Source of the DNA: Candidatus Latescibacterota bacterium
GTDB taxonomy: Bacteria; Latescibacterota; UBA2968
DNA length: 64,000 nt
Direction of reading: 5' to 3'
Assembly (NCBI GenBank): GCA_965204745.1
Contig: OZ242010.1
Coordinates: 352,001 to 416,000 of the forward strand
Shown here: positions 29,391 to 38,424 of the stretch, piece by piece
Position numbering within the stretch: position 1 is the first letter of the stretch
Layout of the letters: each line of letters begins with the position of its first letter
Translations under genes and position numbers: made by a program
Notes under the pieces: model-generated
Seen by the model: only the letters and a program-made list of their open reading frames with translations
Databases searched by the model: none
What the model was told of the DNA's origin: nothing

Positions 29391-30509
29391 TTATTCTTGA
29401 ATCAACTCGACATTGGCGCGGGGCACGATGGCGCGGTCGCCATTTTCAAATTCGACTTCGAGCACGCGCACGCGGGTTTCCGATTCGACGGTTTGCAACT
29501 CGGGCGGCAGGGCCGTGACTTTGCCCACGCGCCCAAAATGCGGCGCGCGAATCGCCCGCAAGTGCGCCCCTTCCGCGAGGCCCACCTGATCGGCTTCTTC
29601 GGCGCGATGATCCGCACCGACTTCTGGGATGATGATTTCGGGCCGCAACACGCCTGCGCGGATTTGCGTGGCGCCCGAGAGCGAGGCTTCTTTGCCGTGG
29701 TTTTCGCGCAGAATGTCAAAGGTTTTGCGCGCCATCGCAATGGGGCCAAAGCCCTCGGTGACGATGACCGTGAGGCCGATATCCTCGGTGCCGGTGATGG
29801 CCACGCCCAAGTCGTAGCCGAGCAGGTCGCGCAGATCTGCATCGCGGATCCCGCCGCCGATGATGCCCACCGCGCCGCAGGCCCGCGCTTTGTCGATTGC
29901 GGCTCGGGTCAACAAATTGCCTCCCACGACGATTTTGCCCGCGCACTCGGCGTCGATCTGATCCGCGCTCAGGGTCTCATCCGGCTCGCCGGAGATGACG
30001 TGCAGGTTGCCCCAGGTTTCGCCGCCCACGCCAAAGATGCCCTGCACAAAAACGCCGGTGGTTTCGATGATGACGCCTTCGTCCGGCAAGACCTCGACCA
30101 CGTTGCCGTCGATGTAGGCCCTGACCTGAACGGGCCGCGGCGGCGCGCGAAACAGGACTTGCCCGGTGATTTTGGAGATGTTTTCGAGCGTGCCGCCAAT
30201 CGGGGCTTTGACCGTGGTTTTGAACCATTTGATGAAGGGCCGCGTCTCTGCAATGGGTTCGCCCGCTTGCACCGCGTCGCCTTCGCGTTTGAGCATGTAA
30301 TTGGGCAATTCCTCGGGCGTGCAACTCAAGATGTTGACCAAATTGAGGGTGGTGACATTGCCGGGCAAGTCCGTGCGCGCAACGACCTGATCGCGCGTGA
30401 CCCCATCGCCCCGCGCCACCACGACCTCGCCCTTGAGGGGCAGTTGCCGTTGCCGCCGAATCCTCGCCCGCCGCGTCACGCGAAGCCCGGGTGTGTATGC
30501 ATGTGCCAT
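29391..30509 (-). CDS. Conserved hypothetical soluble protein (barrel-sandwich hybrid-like repeats, C-terminal KOW/SH3-like domain)
   Basis: Probable start MAHAYTPGL at 30509; GEVVVARGDGV, VQGIFGVGGE, TEGFG, VPRANVELI. Confidence 0.8.
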   Translation of the reverse strand: MAHAYTPGLRVTRRARIRRQRQLPLKGEVVVARGDGVTRDQVVARTDLPGNVTTLNLVNILSCTPEELPNYMLKREGDAVQAGEPIAETRPFIKWFKTTVKAPIGGTLENISKITGQVLFRAPPRPVQVRAYIDGNVVEVLPDEGVIIETTGVFVQGIFGVGGETWGNLHVISGEPDETLSADQIDAECAGKIVVGGNLLTRAAIDKARACGAVGIIGGGIRDADLRDLLGYDLGVAITGTEDIGLTVIVTEGFGPIAMARKTFDILRENHGKEASLSGATQIRAGVLRPEIIIPEVGADHRAEEADQVGLAEGAHLRAIRAPHFGRVGKVTALPPELQTVESETRVRVLEVEFENGDRAIVPRANVELIQE

Positions 30510-30644
30510 AAAAAAATTCCGGTTTGCTCGACCATCGGTCAAGCGTTTGACAACTGATTGTGCAAGATAAACATTTTTGGCGTAAAAGTCCTGTTAATTT
30601 TTTTCAAACGCAGAATCGATTTGTACCCTGTTCTGCACATTCAA

Positions 30645-30970
30645 GCGAGCACGGGGGCACCGCCCCTACACATATCGCTCGCCTTTGAATGGGCTGTCGC
30701 CATGTACCCCTTTTGTGCCTTTGAATGGGCTGTCGCCAGTTGTACCCCGCTCGTGGCTAAAATCCCTCTCCCATCTCGCCTCTTACCTCTTGTATCTTTG
30801 GACGATCATTACATCTGCGCCCTCTACATGATCTGCGACCCGCCTTTGGGCGGCGATGGGCGGGGACTGACCACTGACTACTGACTACTGACCACTGGCG
30901 GTTGGGCGGGGCGGTCTCGCCTCTCGCCTCTCGCCTCTCCCGTCTCACCGAAGGGCGGTGGCGGAGCGGC
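30645..30970. repeat. Intergenic repeat cluster
   Basis: GTAG-REP (CCCCTAC), inverted GGGGTACAACTGGC units, (CTGACyA)n and (TCTCGCC)n heptamers, CCGAAGGGCGGTGG core. Confidence 0.7.
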
Positions 30971-30981
30971 GATCTCGCCTT

Positions 30982-31341
30982 TCACAATCCCGCTCGTTGG
31001 AGAATGACCTCGCCGAGTTTCTCGTGCAGACCCAAGGGCGCGGTGACGCGGATAGTGACGCCGGGATGTGTTGCCGCGGCTTCTGTTGCCAGGCGCGGAA
31101 TGTCTTGGGTGGCATGGCGTCCGGGCGAGAGCATGTAGGGATGCACGACTATTTCAGTCGCACCCGCACGCACACATGCCGCAATGCCCTGCCCGATGCT
31201 CGGTTCGGCCAGTTCCATGTGCGCGATCTGAACGATGAGTTGCGGGCGTTTTTGACGCAGGATCTCGGCAACGCCATAAAGCATTTGATTGGCTTCTTCA
31301 CGCCTTGAGCCGTGATCGACAATGAGGAGCGCGGTACGCAT
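30982..31341 (-). CDS. cbiX: Small sirohydrochlorin chelatase (CbiX/SirB family)
   Basis: LIVDHGSR, AHMELAEPSI, PYMLSPGRHATQDIP, PLGLH. Confidence 0.9.
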   Translation of the reverse strand: MRTALLIVDHGSRREEANQMLYGVAEILRQKRPQLIVQIAHMELAEPSIGQGIAACVRAGATEIVVHPYMLSPGRHATQDIPRLATEAAATHPGVTIRVTAPLGLHEKLGEVILQRAGL

Positions 31342-31372
31342 AGGCCAATGTGGAAAATGATCTCGTCGCCGG

Positions 31373-31969
31373 TTACAACTGCCGCAACCGATTCAAAAGT
31401 GCCTCGGCATGCGGACAGGCGGTTGCCACGAGAGCGGGGTCAATGTGTGCCAGCAATTCAAATGAGACCTTGCCCTTGGCATAGTGTTTGGTGCATGCGG
31501 CGGTAGCGCATTTGAGCGCGTAGAGGACTGTTGGCTTGGGCACGGCCTCTAAGCCGGGCCATTTCTTGAGCGCGTTTTGCCTAAACCTTGCGCCGAAGTA
31601 CTTTCGCAACGCATCTCTATCGGCCAAGAACCAAGTCTCCATGGCTTGAACCATTAAAAACGCCTGATCGTCGTCCGCGTTGGAAGGCCGTTGCCAACCG
31701 TCGCGGGCGGACAAGTGTTGCCAAACCGTGTGTCCCTTCGCAACAGGATCCTCGCTGTCGACGAGCAGGATCGGAACCACGTTAGGGCGATTATTCTCGA
31801 TGGCTGTGACAAAAAGGTCAAAGGTCTTGTCTCGCCCGCCGCCCCGTACAATCTTCGTCTTGCTAGCAAGGTCAGCTTTTTTGAAAAACGCATTCCAACC
31901 CTCGCGGAAACGCGCTCCGAGCTCTCGACCCTCGCCACCGCCCTCAATGTATAGCGTGGCTCTTACCAT
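31373..31969 (-). CDS. DUF4276 family (TOPRIM-like) protein
   Basis: Probable start MVRATLYIEGGG at 31969 overlapping the ATPase stop; LLVDSE, QAMETWFLAD, YAKG. Confidence 0.8.
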   Translation of the reverse strand: MVRATLYIEGGGEGRELGARFREGWNAFFKKADLASKTKIVRGGGRDKTFDLFVTAIENNRPNVVPILLVDSEDPVAKGHTVWQHLSARDGWQRPSNADDDQAFLMVQAMETWFLADRDALRKYFGARFRQNALKKWPGLEAVPKPTVLYALKCATAACTKHYAKGKVSFELLAHIDPALVATACPHAEALLNRLRQL

Positions 31970-33174
31970 CGATTGCCTCCCAACTCGCCCGAAGTCCAGA
32001 GGTCGCCGAGTCTGTATTCCTCCAACCATTTCGCCAAATCATTCTTGTCGAGACGCCGCATCTCGGTCTGTCCATCGTGCTTTTCGCAGATCACAACGCT
32101 CTCCGGCTTGTCCGTCAGCGCATCTACAAGCACATCGGAATGGGTCGTGATGATCAGTTGCGTGCGCTCTGACGCTTCGCACATCAAGTCAGTCAAGGTG
32201 GGTAGCAAATCGGGATGCAACCCCAGTTCCGGTTCTTCAATGCAGATCAAGGGCGGCGGTTCGGGATGCAGCAAGATCGCCAACAGACTCAAGTAACGCA
32301 ACGTCCCATCCGAGAGACGAGTAGCGGGAATTGAACGGTCGCCTTCTTCTTCCAAAAATAACGCCACTGTGCCGCCCGTCACGGGACAATGCACATCGAC
32401 AATGCCATCGAATAACTTGCCCAACGCGCTTAGGAGTTTTCTCTTGTGCGTTCCGTGTAATTGGGATAACACGAGCGGCAGGTTCTCCGCGCCCTCATCT
32501 AAAAAATCACTGCGACCGTGCGCGTTGCAGGGTTGGCGTAAATTCGCGCCAGGCCCGAACGACCAGTTCCGATAAATGTGAATGCGCGTGTATTGCTCCC
32601 GCAGGCGCCAAAGTGCCCAATATTCAGGAGTGGCAACATGAGCGAGTAGGGAATCTTCCGGTTCAAACCAGCGCGCGAACTCAACAGCACCTGCACGCTC
32701 GTTGACCCGGTGCTTCTCCGCCTCTAACGGTGACCACTCGATATCATAAGCCATCTCTGATGCCACGCGCTTGTCTTGAGGAGGACGATAGTAGGATCGT
32801 CCTATCCTCTCATCAGAATGTGCTTCGGTGGGTTCGACGCGTTCGTCAACCACCCTGGGGCGACCAACAGGGCCAGCCGATAGGGTCAACGCATGCCGCA
32901 GCATGCCGCCCAATCGGTAGTTGACCATCGCCTCCATTGTGATCGCATTTGGCACATCAGGGCCTTTCCACAGCCACTCGCGGATGCCGCCCATGCGCGA
33001 GATGGGTTCCGAGATGCTACGCGGCGCAGCGTGGAACAGCGAGATCGCCTCGAGCAAATTGGACTTGCCCGAACCATTCGGACCGATCAGGACATTCAGC
33101 GGTTGCATCGGCAAGTCGATTCCCTCTGGCCCAAAGGACAAAAGCCCGGAAAACTTCAGTCTGTGAAATAACAT
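31963..33174 (-). CDS. ABC-type AAA ATPase (AAA_21/AAA_15-like)
   Basis: IGPNGSGKSN, LSDGTLR, IEEPELGLHP, TTHS. Confidence 0.9.
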   Translation of the reverse strand: MLFHRLKFSGLLSFGPEGIDLPMQPLNVLIGPNGSGKSNLLEAISLFHAAPRSISEPISRMGGIREWLWKGPDVPNAITMEAMVNYRLGGMLRHALTLSAGPVGRPRVVDERVEPTEAHSDERIGRSYYRPPQDKRVASEMAYDIEWSPLEAEKHRVNERAGAVEFARWFEPEDSLLAHVATPEYWALWRLREQYTRIHIYRNWSFGPGANLRQPCNAHGRSDFLDEGAENLPLVLSQLHGTHKRKLLSALGKLFDGIVDVHCPVTGGTVALFLEEEGDRSIPATRLSDGTLRYLSLLAILLHPEPPPLICIEEPELGLHPDLLPTLTDLMCEASERTQLIITTHSDVLVDALTDKPESVVICEKHDGQTEMRRLDKNDLAKWLEEYRLGDLWTSGELGGNRW

Positions 33175-33255
33175 ATTTACCTCTCGGTCAACGCCCTCGC
33201 GTCTTCAGCCTGGATTATTTTCATAAACCCACGCCTTTGTGCTTCACACAATACA

Positions 33256-33348
33256 ATAACAGAATGCCCGCTGAAAAGCAATCTCATCGCCGATCACTTC
33301 GACCACAAACCAAAAGCCCGATAGACAACCGCTCTACCGGGCATTTTA
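33256..33348. repeat. ~93-bp direct repeat copy 1 (terminator plus promoter-like sequence on the minus strand)
   Basis: Matches 40985-41073; contains an AAAAGCCCG...CGGGCATTTT hairpin and minus-strand TTGCTT...TATTGT. Confidence 0.75.
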
Positions 33349-33374
33349 TTTTTTTTGAATTGGATCGCTAGTGC

Positions 33375-34241
33375 CTACTGACTCAATGCGTCCTCCAAAT
33401 CCGTTAAAAACTCGTCTCCATTCTGTGGTCGTTTCGCAAAGTCATGATAGAGAGAACGATGTAGCAAATGAAAAAGTTTTTGGGGGCCTGTCCAGTCGTC
33501 TTCTGTCACAATGCCAACAGGTTGGCGGCCGGTCACCACGTACCAAAAAATGGCAGCCATTTGAAACACATCAGATGCCTCATCGATTTCATCATTGCAC
33601 CCCAGCCGTCGATTGTGAGCTTCTGGAGAAAGCCAAAATTTCGGCCCAACATTCTGCGCCTCGGGCGTCAAATCTTCTTCACCCGGATTAACAAAAGTAC
33701 AAAGCCCATAATCGCTTAGGAGCCATCGTTCGCCTGCAACCAAAATATTTTCTGGTTTAATATCCCGATGTACTGCCCGCTCATGCAAGGAAGCCAAAGC
33801 ACCTGCAAGACCGCGAAACTGGCCGGCATATCGCTCGTAACTCAACGCCCCTTCTTCGCGCATCACGTCCTGCAAGTTGCCGTCAGCCAATTCCATTGCG
33901 ACAAAGGGTAGTTGATTGTCTCGGGAAGCCTTGTTATGCCTGACGGTCACGCGCCCAGTTCCATGATATCGCGTCAGGTGATCGCCGTGCATTGCTTTGA
34001 GCAACTTTACCTCTCGCAGAAACCGTTTGGTATTTCTCCATCCGGTATTCATAAGGAATTTAATTGCACATTCTTCACCTGTGTTGCGCTGGCGACCACT
34101 GAATACCGCTGCGTTTCCCCCCCGGCCAATCCAGTTTTCAATCTCGTAGGGATCTCCCTCTTCAGTCCGAATTTCGCTTTTCAGGCTGAAAAAATTACCT
34201 CGACGTAAATGAGCCGGATCAAAATAGAGTTGGCTACTCAT
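33375..34241 (-). CDS. Hanks-type Ser/Thr protein kinase
   Basis: IGRGGNAAVF, AIK, HRDIKPEN, DYG, SPE, SDVFQ; ATGA overlap with the DUF262 gene. Confidence 0.92.
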   Translation of the reverse strand: MSSQLYFDPAHLRRGNFFSLKSEIRTEEGDPYEIENWIGRGGNAAVFSGRQRNTGEECAIKFLMNTGWRNTKRFLREVKLLKAMHGDHLTRYHGTGRVTVRHNKASRDNQLPFVAMELADGNLQDVMREEGALSYERYAGQFRGLAGALASLHERAVHRDIKPENILVAGERWLLSDYGLCTFVNPGEEDLTPEAQNVGPKFWLSPEAHNRRLGCNDEIDEASDVFQMAAIFWYVVTGRQPVGIVTEDDWTGPQKLFHLLHRSLYHDFAKRPQNGDEFLTDLEDALSQ

Positions 34242-35539
34242 CGACGCTCCAAAATTAGCCAGTCATAACGATTCTCAACGCATGAACGGTGAATCCAATC
34301 TGCATTCGAGATTTGATGCACGGTCACAGACTGGGGCCATGCCAACACGCAGTCGGTAAAATCTCCGGAAATTTCTTTATCGCAAACCGGACATGAAAAC
34401 CAAGGTGCTGGACAATAACCATATTCGTCAGCCCTGTTAAGCCCATCCTGCAATCTATAGACCACTTGAGCGCGTCCTTCGAATATTTTAGGGTCAACGG
34501 GAGCCAGTGATTTACCGACATAAGTTCCTACCAATATCGACTTGAGAAAACGATGGCGCCATCGGCGGCTCGATGCGGAGTTTGCTTGCGATACGCATTT
34601 GATAGCGTACTCACTGCAAATTTCCACATCGGACTCTGGACGGATAGTCTCCTGCAAAATCCCCAAGTCCTCTTGTAAAGGCTTTATGTCCTTGTGGTTC
34701 AAGGTTAGCCCTTGCGATACGAACTCGTCTATCACGAGAAACAAAGTGTAAAAGTCCGCTTTCTGCCGAAACCTGCTTCTCGAAATCTCAATGTCGCCAT
34801 CCGAGAATAGAACCCTCAATTCTTGCAAGACCCCGAGAAATCTCGTCTCAATTTCTTTTTTGTGACCAGCATTCCAGTTTGAATATTTGATATAGAAATC
34901 GTCGAGAGATGTTTTTTTGTTTTGTATGCCATCAATCATAGCTGCCAATAATTCTGATACGTACTCGACATCGCCGTATCTACGTCGCGTAGCTGGCGTG
35001 AAAATACCTATTTTGTCAAAATAGTCGTTCACGGCGAGTTCTTCCGAGACTTTCAGAAAGTCGCCGGGAAAATCGGCTCGTCTCAGTTCTTGTTTTCTGA
35101 GGGGCACAGTGTACTTATTGACGCGAGCATATACTTCACGCACTTCCTCGTCTGTCAGTTTTACTGCCTCATTAAAATCAATTTGGTAGCTCAAAAAACT
35201 GTCCTGTGTGTCGGGGTCTAATTCTGAAAAGGTTTTGCCTTTGTTTTTTCCCGTGAACGGATGATTTAACGCGAAGTTGTCTCGAAGAAAATCGAGAATT
35301 GCTGAAATACGCTGTTGACCGTCAATAACCACGCGATACGTGGAACCGTCACGAACAGTATTCGCCAAAAAAATTTTGGGCATTGGGATACGACGCAGGA
35401 TAGTATCCATCAACATGATGCGGGCAGCGGCAGACCACACTCCTCGCCTTTGAAAATCTGGCCGAAGTTCGAGCCGATTGGCTTCGCTCCAGTCTCGAAT
35501 GTCGGAAATAGGATGCGGGCTGGAATTCCAACGAACCAT
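34238..35539 (-). CDS. DUF262 (ParB/GmrS-like) protein with C-terminal degenerate HNH/Zn domain
   Basis: PDFQRRGVW, VIDGQQR, YARVN; C-terminal CPVC...SNADWIHRSC. Confidence 0.85.
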   Translation of the reverse strand: MVRWNSSPHPISDIRDWSEANRLELRPDFQRRGVWSAAARIMLMDTILRRIPMPKIFLANTVRDGSTYRVVIDGQQRISAILDFLRDNFALNHPFTGKNKGKTFSELDPDTQDSFLSYQIDFNEAVKLTDEEVREVYARVNKYTVPLRKQELRRADFPGDFLKVSEELAVNDYFDKIGIFTPATRRRYGDVEYVSELLAAMIDGIQNKKTSLDDFYIKYSNWNAGHKKEIETRFLGVLQELRVLFSDGDIEISRSRFRQKADFYTLFLVIDEFVSQGLTLNHKDIKPLQEDLGILQETIRPESDVEICSEYAIKCVSQANSASSRRWRHRFLKSILVGTYVGKSLAPVDPKIFEGRAQVVYRLQDGLNRADEYGYCPAPWFSCPVCDKEISGDFTDCVLAWPQSVTVHQISNADWIHRSCVENRYDWLILERR

Positions 35540-35558
35540 ATCTACCTCCTTTAGCGAG

Positions 35559-36014
35559 TTATGTCGCTTTGTGATCCCTCAGAATATCGTCAAGTGCGTC
35601 GGAGAGATTCCAGATTGGATCCAAGTCGCCATCGTGTAGCATATCTACAATATGGGGAACGCCTGCTGCTGCCAAGCCATTGGCAATAGCTATCATGCGG
35701 TGCGGATCAGCTACGATTTCCACATTACCCTCAATCGCGATGGCGACGAGCATGATTGCCTGAATGCGCCAACTGTCGCTGTCGAGAACTGAGCCGTCAT
35801 TAAACTTGCGCGGCTTTCGCTCCGACAGATCAACAGGCTTAAGTTGCATTCGCGCTGCAAGCGACAGCCCAACAAACCAGAGATCAACCTTGCGCGGAAA
35901 CGGACTTTGGTCAATGCTGGCGCGACTCGCTGTCTGGCAATAGCGTTCATAATCCGCATCTTGCTCAATAGGTACAACTAACTCAATGCTATCGAATGGG
36001 TTATGGTCTCGCAC
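35559..36014 (-). CDS. Hypothetical 151-aa protein (possible DndE-like accessory subunit)
   Basis: GTG at 36014 after GGAGG RBS; directly downstream of the DndD-like ATPase; ANGLAAAG helix. Role inferred from position only. Confidence 0.65.
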   Translation of the reverse strand: MRDHNPFDSIELVVPIEQDADYERYCQTASRASIDQSPFPRKVDLWFVGLSLAARMQLKPVDLSERKPRKFNDGSVLDSDSWRIQAIMLVAIAIEGNVEIVADPHRMIAIANGLAAAGVPHIVDMLHDGDLDPIWNLSDALDDILRDHKAT

Positions 36015-36037
36015 TGCACTACCTCCGTTCAAGATAC

Positions 36038-38176
36038 TCAGTACATTTCCGTTTCTGATTCTAAATCCATCCGTCGCTGACACAGCGTACATTCTCTGTG
36101 ATGATCGCACTCACACCGTAGCACGGTCCGCTCTTTCACCTGTGGGTCATTGATCAGCATTCGGGGATAGTGTGCCGGATTTGTCAGCGTGATTACTCGT
36201 CCCGCTTCGGCATCCAAAATTTCTTCGCAGTCTGCGATTTCAGAGCGCGTGAGAAACAGAATCAGTTGTGAACTTTCTCGGATAGCAGTCTTAAGCACCG
36301 ATCTCTTGACATAGCCACTCATCATTCCAAGCGGCGTATCAATCACATTGGGGGCTTCGACCTCACTCACCTTTGTTAAAGCGAGGATGAAAGCGAGGGT
36401 CAGTGCCCGCCGGGAAGCACCATTTAGATCGCGATCAGGATTCAATGCCCGATTATTTGGGCCATAGACCAAAATATCAAAATCCCTGCTGATCTCCGCC
36501 TTTTGAATAATTGCGTTCTGTTCGGGATCAGCACCGATCATTTTCAAAAAAATGGTGTTCATTAACCTACTGACCTTAGCGAGTTCTTCAGTTGTGATTC
36601 GGGTATAGGAATTTTCCAGAACTTGCTTGACATCCTGCGTTACTTCCAGTTGAGCTAATATACGCTCTCCTCTTTTCTGCCTCCGGAGTAGGTTATTGCG
36701 GGTTGCACTCAGAGAACTTCTCTCTTTTTCTAATGCTTCAAGTTGGGTTTCGTATCGCATTCGGTCGCCGTAGAATCGGTCGCGTTGTTCTCTATAATCT
36801 CGTATGGTAGCCCTAAGACCCTGAATGTTCGTATCCGGTATATCGTCAAGTTTTGCTTCAAGTGCCCTGCGTTTCTTTCCCAAAGAATCAAATCGGGCCT
36901 CTTGCTCGTCGCGGAGTTTGAAGACTTTGGCATATTTGGCAAGCCAAGGTTCATCCCCGGTAACTCGGTCAGGTTGGAGTGGCTGAGATAAAAAATAAAG
37001 TTCGGTGATTATTCTTTGGAGTTCATCTGCCTTTTGACTCTCATCAATCAGGCATTGGATATGATCTCTTCTGCGCTTGCCATCATCGGCGCGTGGATCC
37101 AGCGATTCACCACAAATACAAGTGGCCCTCTGGAGCCGTTCTTCGAGAACGGGAATTGTCTGGTTGGGGATCTTGCCTTGGTCACGCAACTTATTCAACT
37201 CTCCGAGACTTTGTTGCAATACGGGGGTGAGGAGATCACGCGAAAGCGAAAGGTTGCGAAACAAGTTTGAATGCTCTTTACTCGCTTCCTCTTGCTGTCC
37301 TTTGATCCGCTTGCGCTGCAACTCGGTTTGTTTGATCTCTTGCTTGAGTTCTTCCCTGTTGCCTTTGACCAAGGCGTCCTCGATCTGCTTTTGAATCTCG
37401 GCGTGCTTTTCATCGAACGCTGAAAATTGTGCCTTCGCATCCTCTATCTTTTTTTCATAGCTTGCCGAATCTTCATCTATTTGCTCCAACCGAGTTGCGA
37501 TTTGGGTAAGTTCCTCATTGGCTCCAACATTCTTTGCTGCCTTATTGATCTCAGAAGCGGCCTTTTTTACATGCCCGAGAGCATCCTCAATCACACCAAG
37601 TCCCAACAGAGATCGGATCGCTTTCTCAACGCGCTTGCGCTTGGTACTGACGGTCACAGCTACTTCAATGAAACTCAATGCACGGTCTCCATCGGTAAAA
37701 AACACTTCACGAAGTGCGGGGGGCAGTTCGTCCTCAATGAACGATTCTGGCCATTTAATAGACTCATGTCCGGTATCTGTTACTGTAAATAGTTTTACTT
37801 TTGATGGGGTATGCTCCCATTTAGTGCCGTTTAAGGCCTCAAATGCGGATCGTATAATGAGATAGCGTTGCTTGGTTTCACGCGAGCCCCTTGGGCCTCC
37901 TAACTTCGTTATCTCAAATTCGACCTGTACAGAGATCGGAATCCGGTTGCCATCTGATTCATCCCAGTCAATTGGGTGGAGACGATAATCTTGACGTTTG
38001 CCGGGCAAGGCATTGTCACCGTAGAGTGCCCATTGCAAACCATTCAAAATAGTGGTCTTCCCGGTTTCGTTCTCCGCCCGAATGACTGTCAATTTCTTTG
38101 CCGTATCTGTTGAGAAATCGAGCTTCAAATTCCGCAACAGACGAAAATTTTCAAATTCGGCGCGTATGATCTTCAC
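36038..38176 (-). CDS. DndD/Rad50-like coiled-coil ABC ATPase with CxC hook
   Basis: AENETGKTT Walker A, long coiled coils, central CICG, LNGASRR signature, VIDTPLG Walker B, C-terminal CEC...CTLC. Confidence 0.87.
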   Translation of the reverse strand: MKIIRAEFENFRLLRNLKLDFSTDTAKKLTVIRAENETGKTTILNGLQWALYGDNALPGKRQDYRLHPIDWDESDGNRIPISVQVEFEITKLGGPRGSRETKQRYLIIRSAFEALNGTKWEHTPSKVKLFTVTDTGHESIKWPESFIEDELPPALREVFFTDGDRALSFIEVAVTVSTKRKRVEKAIRSLLGLGVIEDALGHVKKAASEINKAAKNVGANEELTQIATRLEQIDEDSASYEKKIEDAKAQFSAFDEKHAEIQKQIEDALVKGNREELKQEIKQTELQRKRIKGQQEEASKEHSNLFRNLSLSRDLLTPVLQQSLGELNKLRDQGKIPNQTIPVLEERLQRATCICGESLDPRADDGKRRRDHIQCLIDESQKADELQRIITELYFLSQPLQPDRVTGDEPWLAKYAKVFKLRDEQEARFDSLGKKRRALEAKLDDIPDTNIQGLRATIRDYREQRDRFYGDRMRYETQLEALEKERSSLSATRNNLLRRQKRGERILAQLEVTQDVKQVLENSYTRITTEELAKVSRLMNTIFLKMIGADPEQNAIIQKAEISRDFDILVYGPNNRALNPDRDLNGASRRALTLAFILALTKVSEVEAPNVIDTPLGMMSGYVKRSVLKTAIRESSQLILFLTRSEIADCEEILDAEAGRVITLTNPAHYPRMLINDPQVKERTVLRCECDHHRECTLCQRRMDLESETEMY

Positions 38177-38187
38177 TTGATACCCTC

Positions 38188-38412
38188 CTATTTGGTTTGG
38201 TTTCGCTTTTCTGCGAGAAAATGACCAGCCGCGTTGAACTTGTCATTTATCTTCTTCTGAATATACGTCCCCGCGATGATGTGCTCTCTTTCATATTGAA
38301 TGATGTCGGAGATCACTTCGATCATCTCTTCCTTATATCCGTCGCATCTCTCCTCAATATCTTTACACTCCTCAATAATGATCTTGATGATTTTCCGTTG
38401 GTTGAGCGGCAT
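38188..38412 (-). CDS. Small helical protein between helicase and ATPase
   Basis: 74 aa, GGAG-type RBS, tight operon spacing on both sides. Confidence 0.7.
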   Translation of the reverse strand: MPLNQRKIIKIIIEECKDIEERCDGYKEEMIEVISDIIQYEREHIIAGTYIQKKINDKFNAAGHFLAEKRNQTK

Positions 38413-38424
38413 TGTCTCCCTTCC

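Noticed and set aside
30545-30980. Cobalamin riboswitch near cbiX
   Set aside because: The region is explained by repeat families and no B12-box is recognisable by eye; a covariance-model search would be needed.
34238-35539. Calling this gene sspE
   Set aside because: It is only 433 aa and lacks a recognisable intact DUF1524/HNH catalytic motif.
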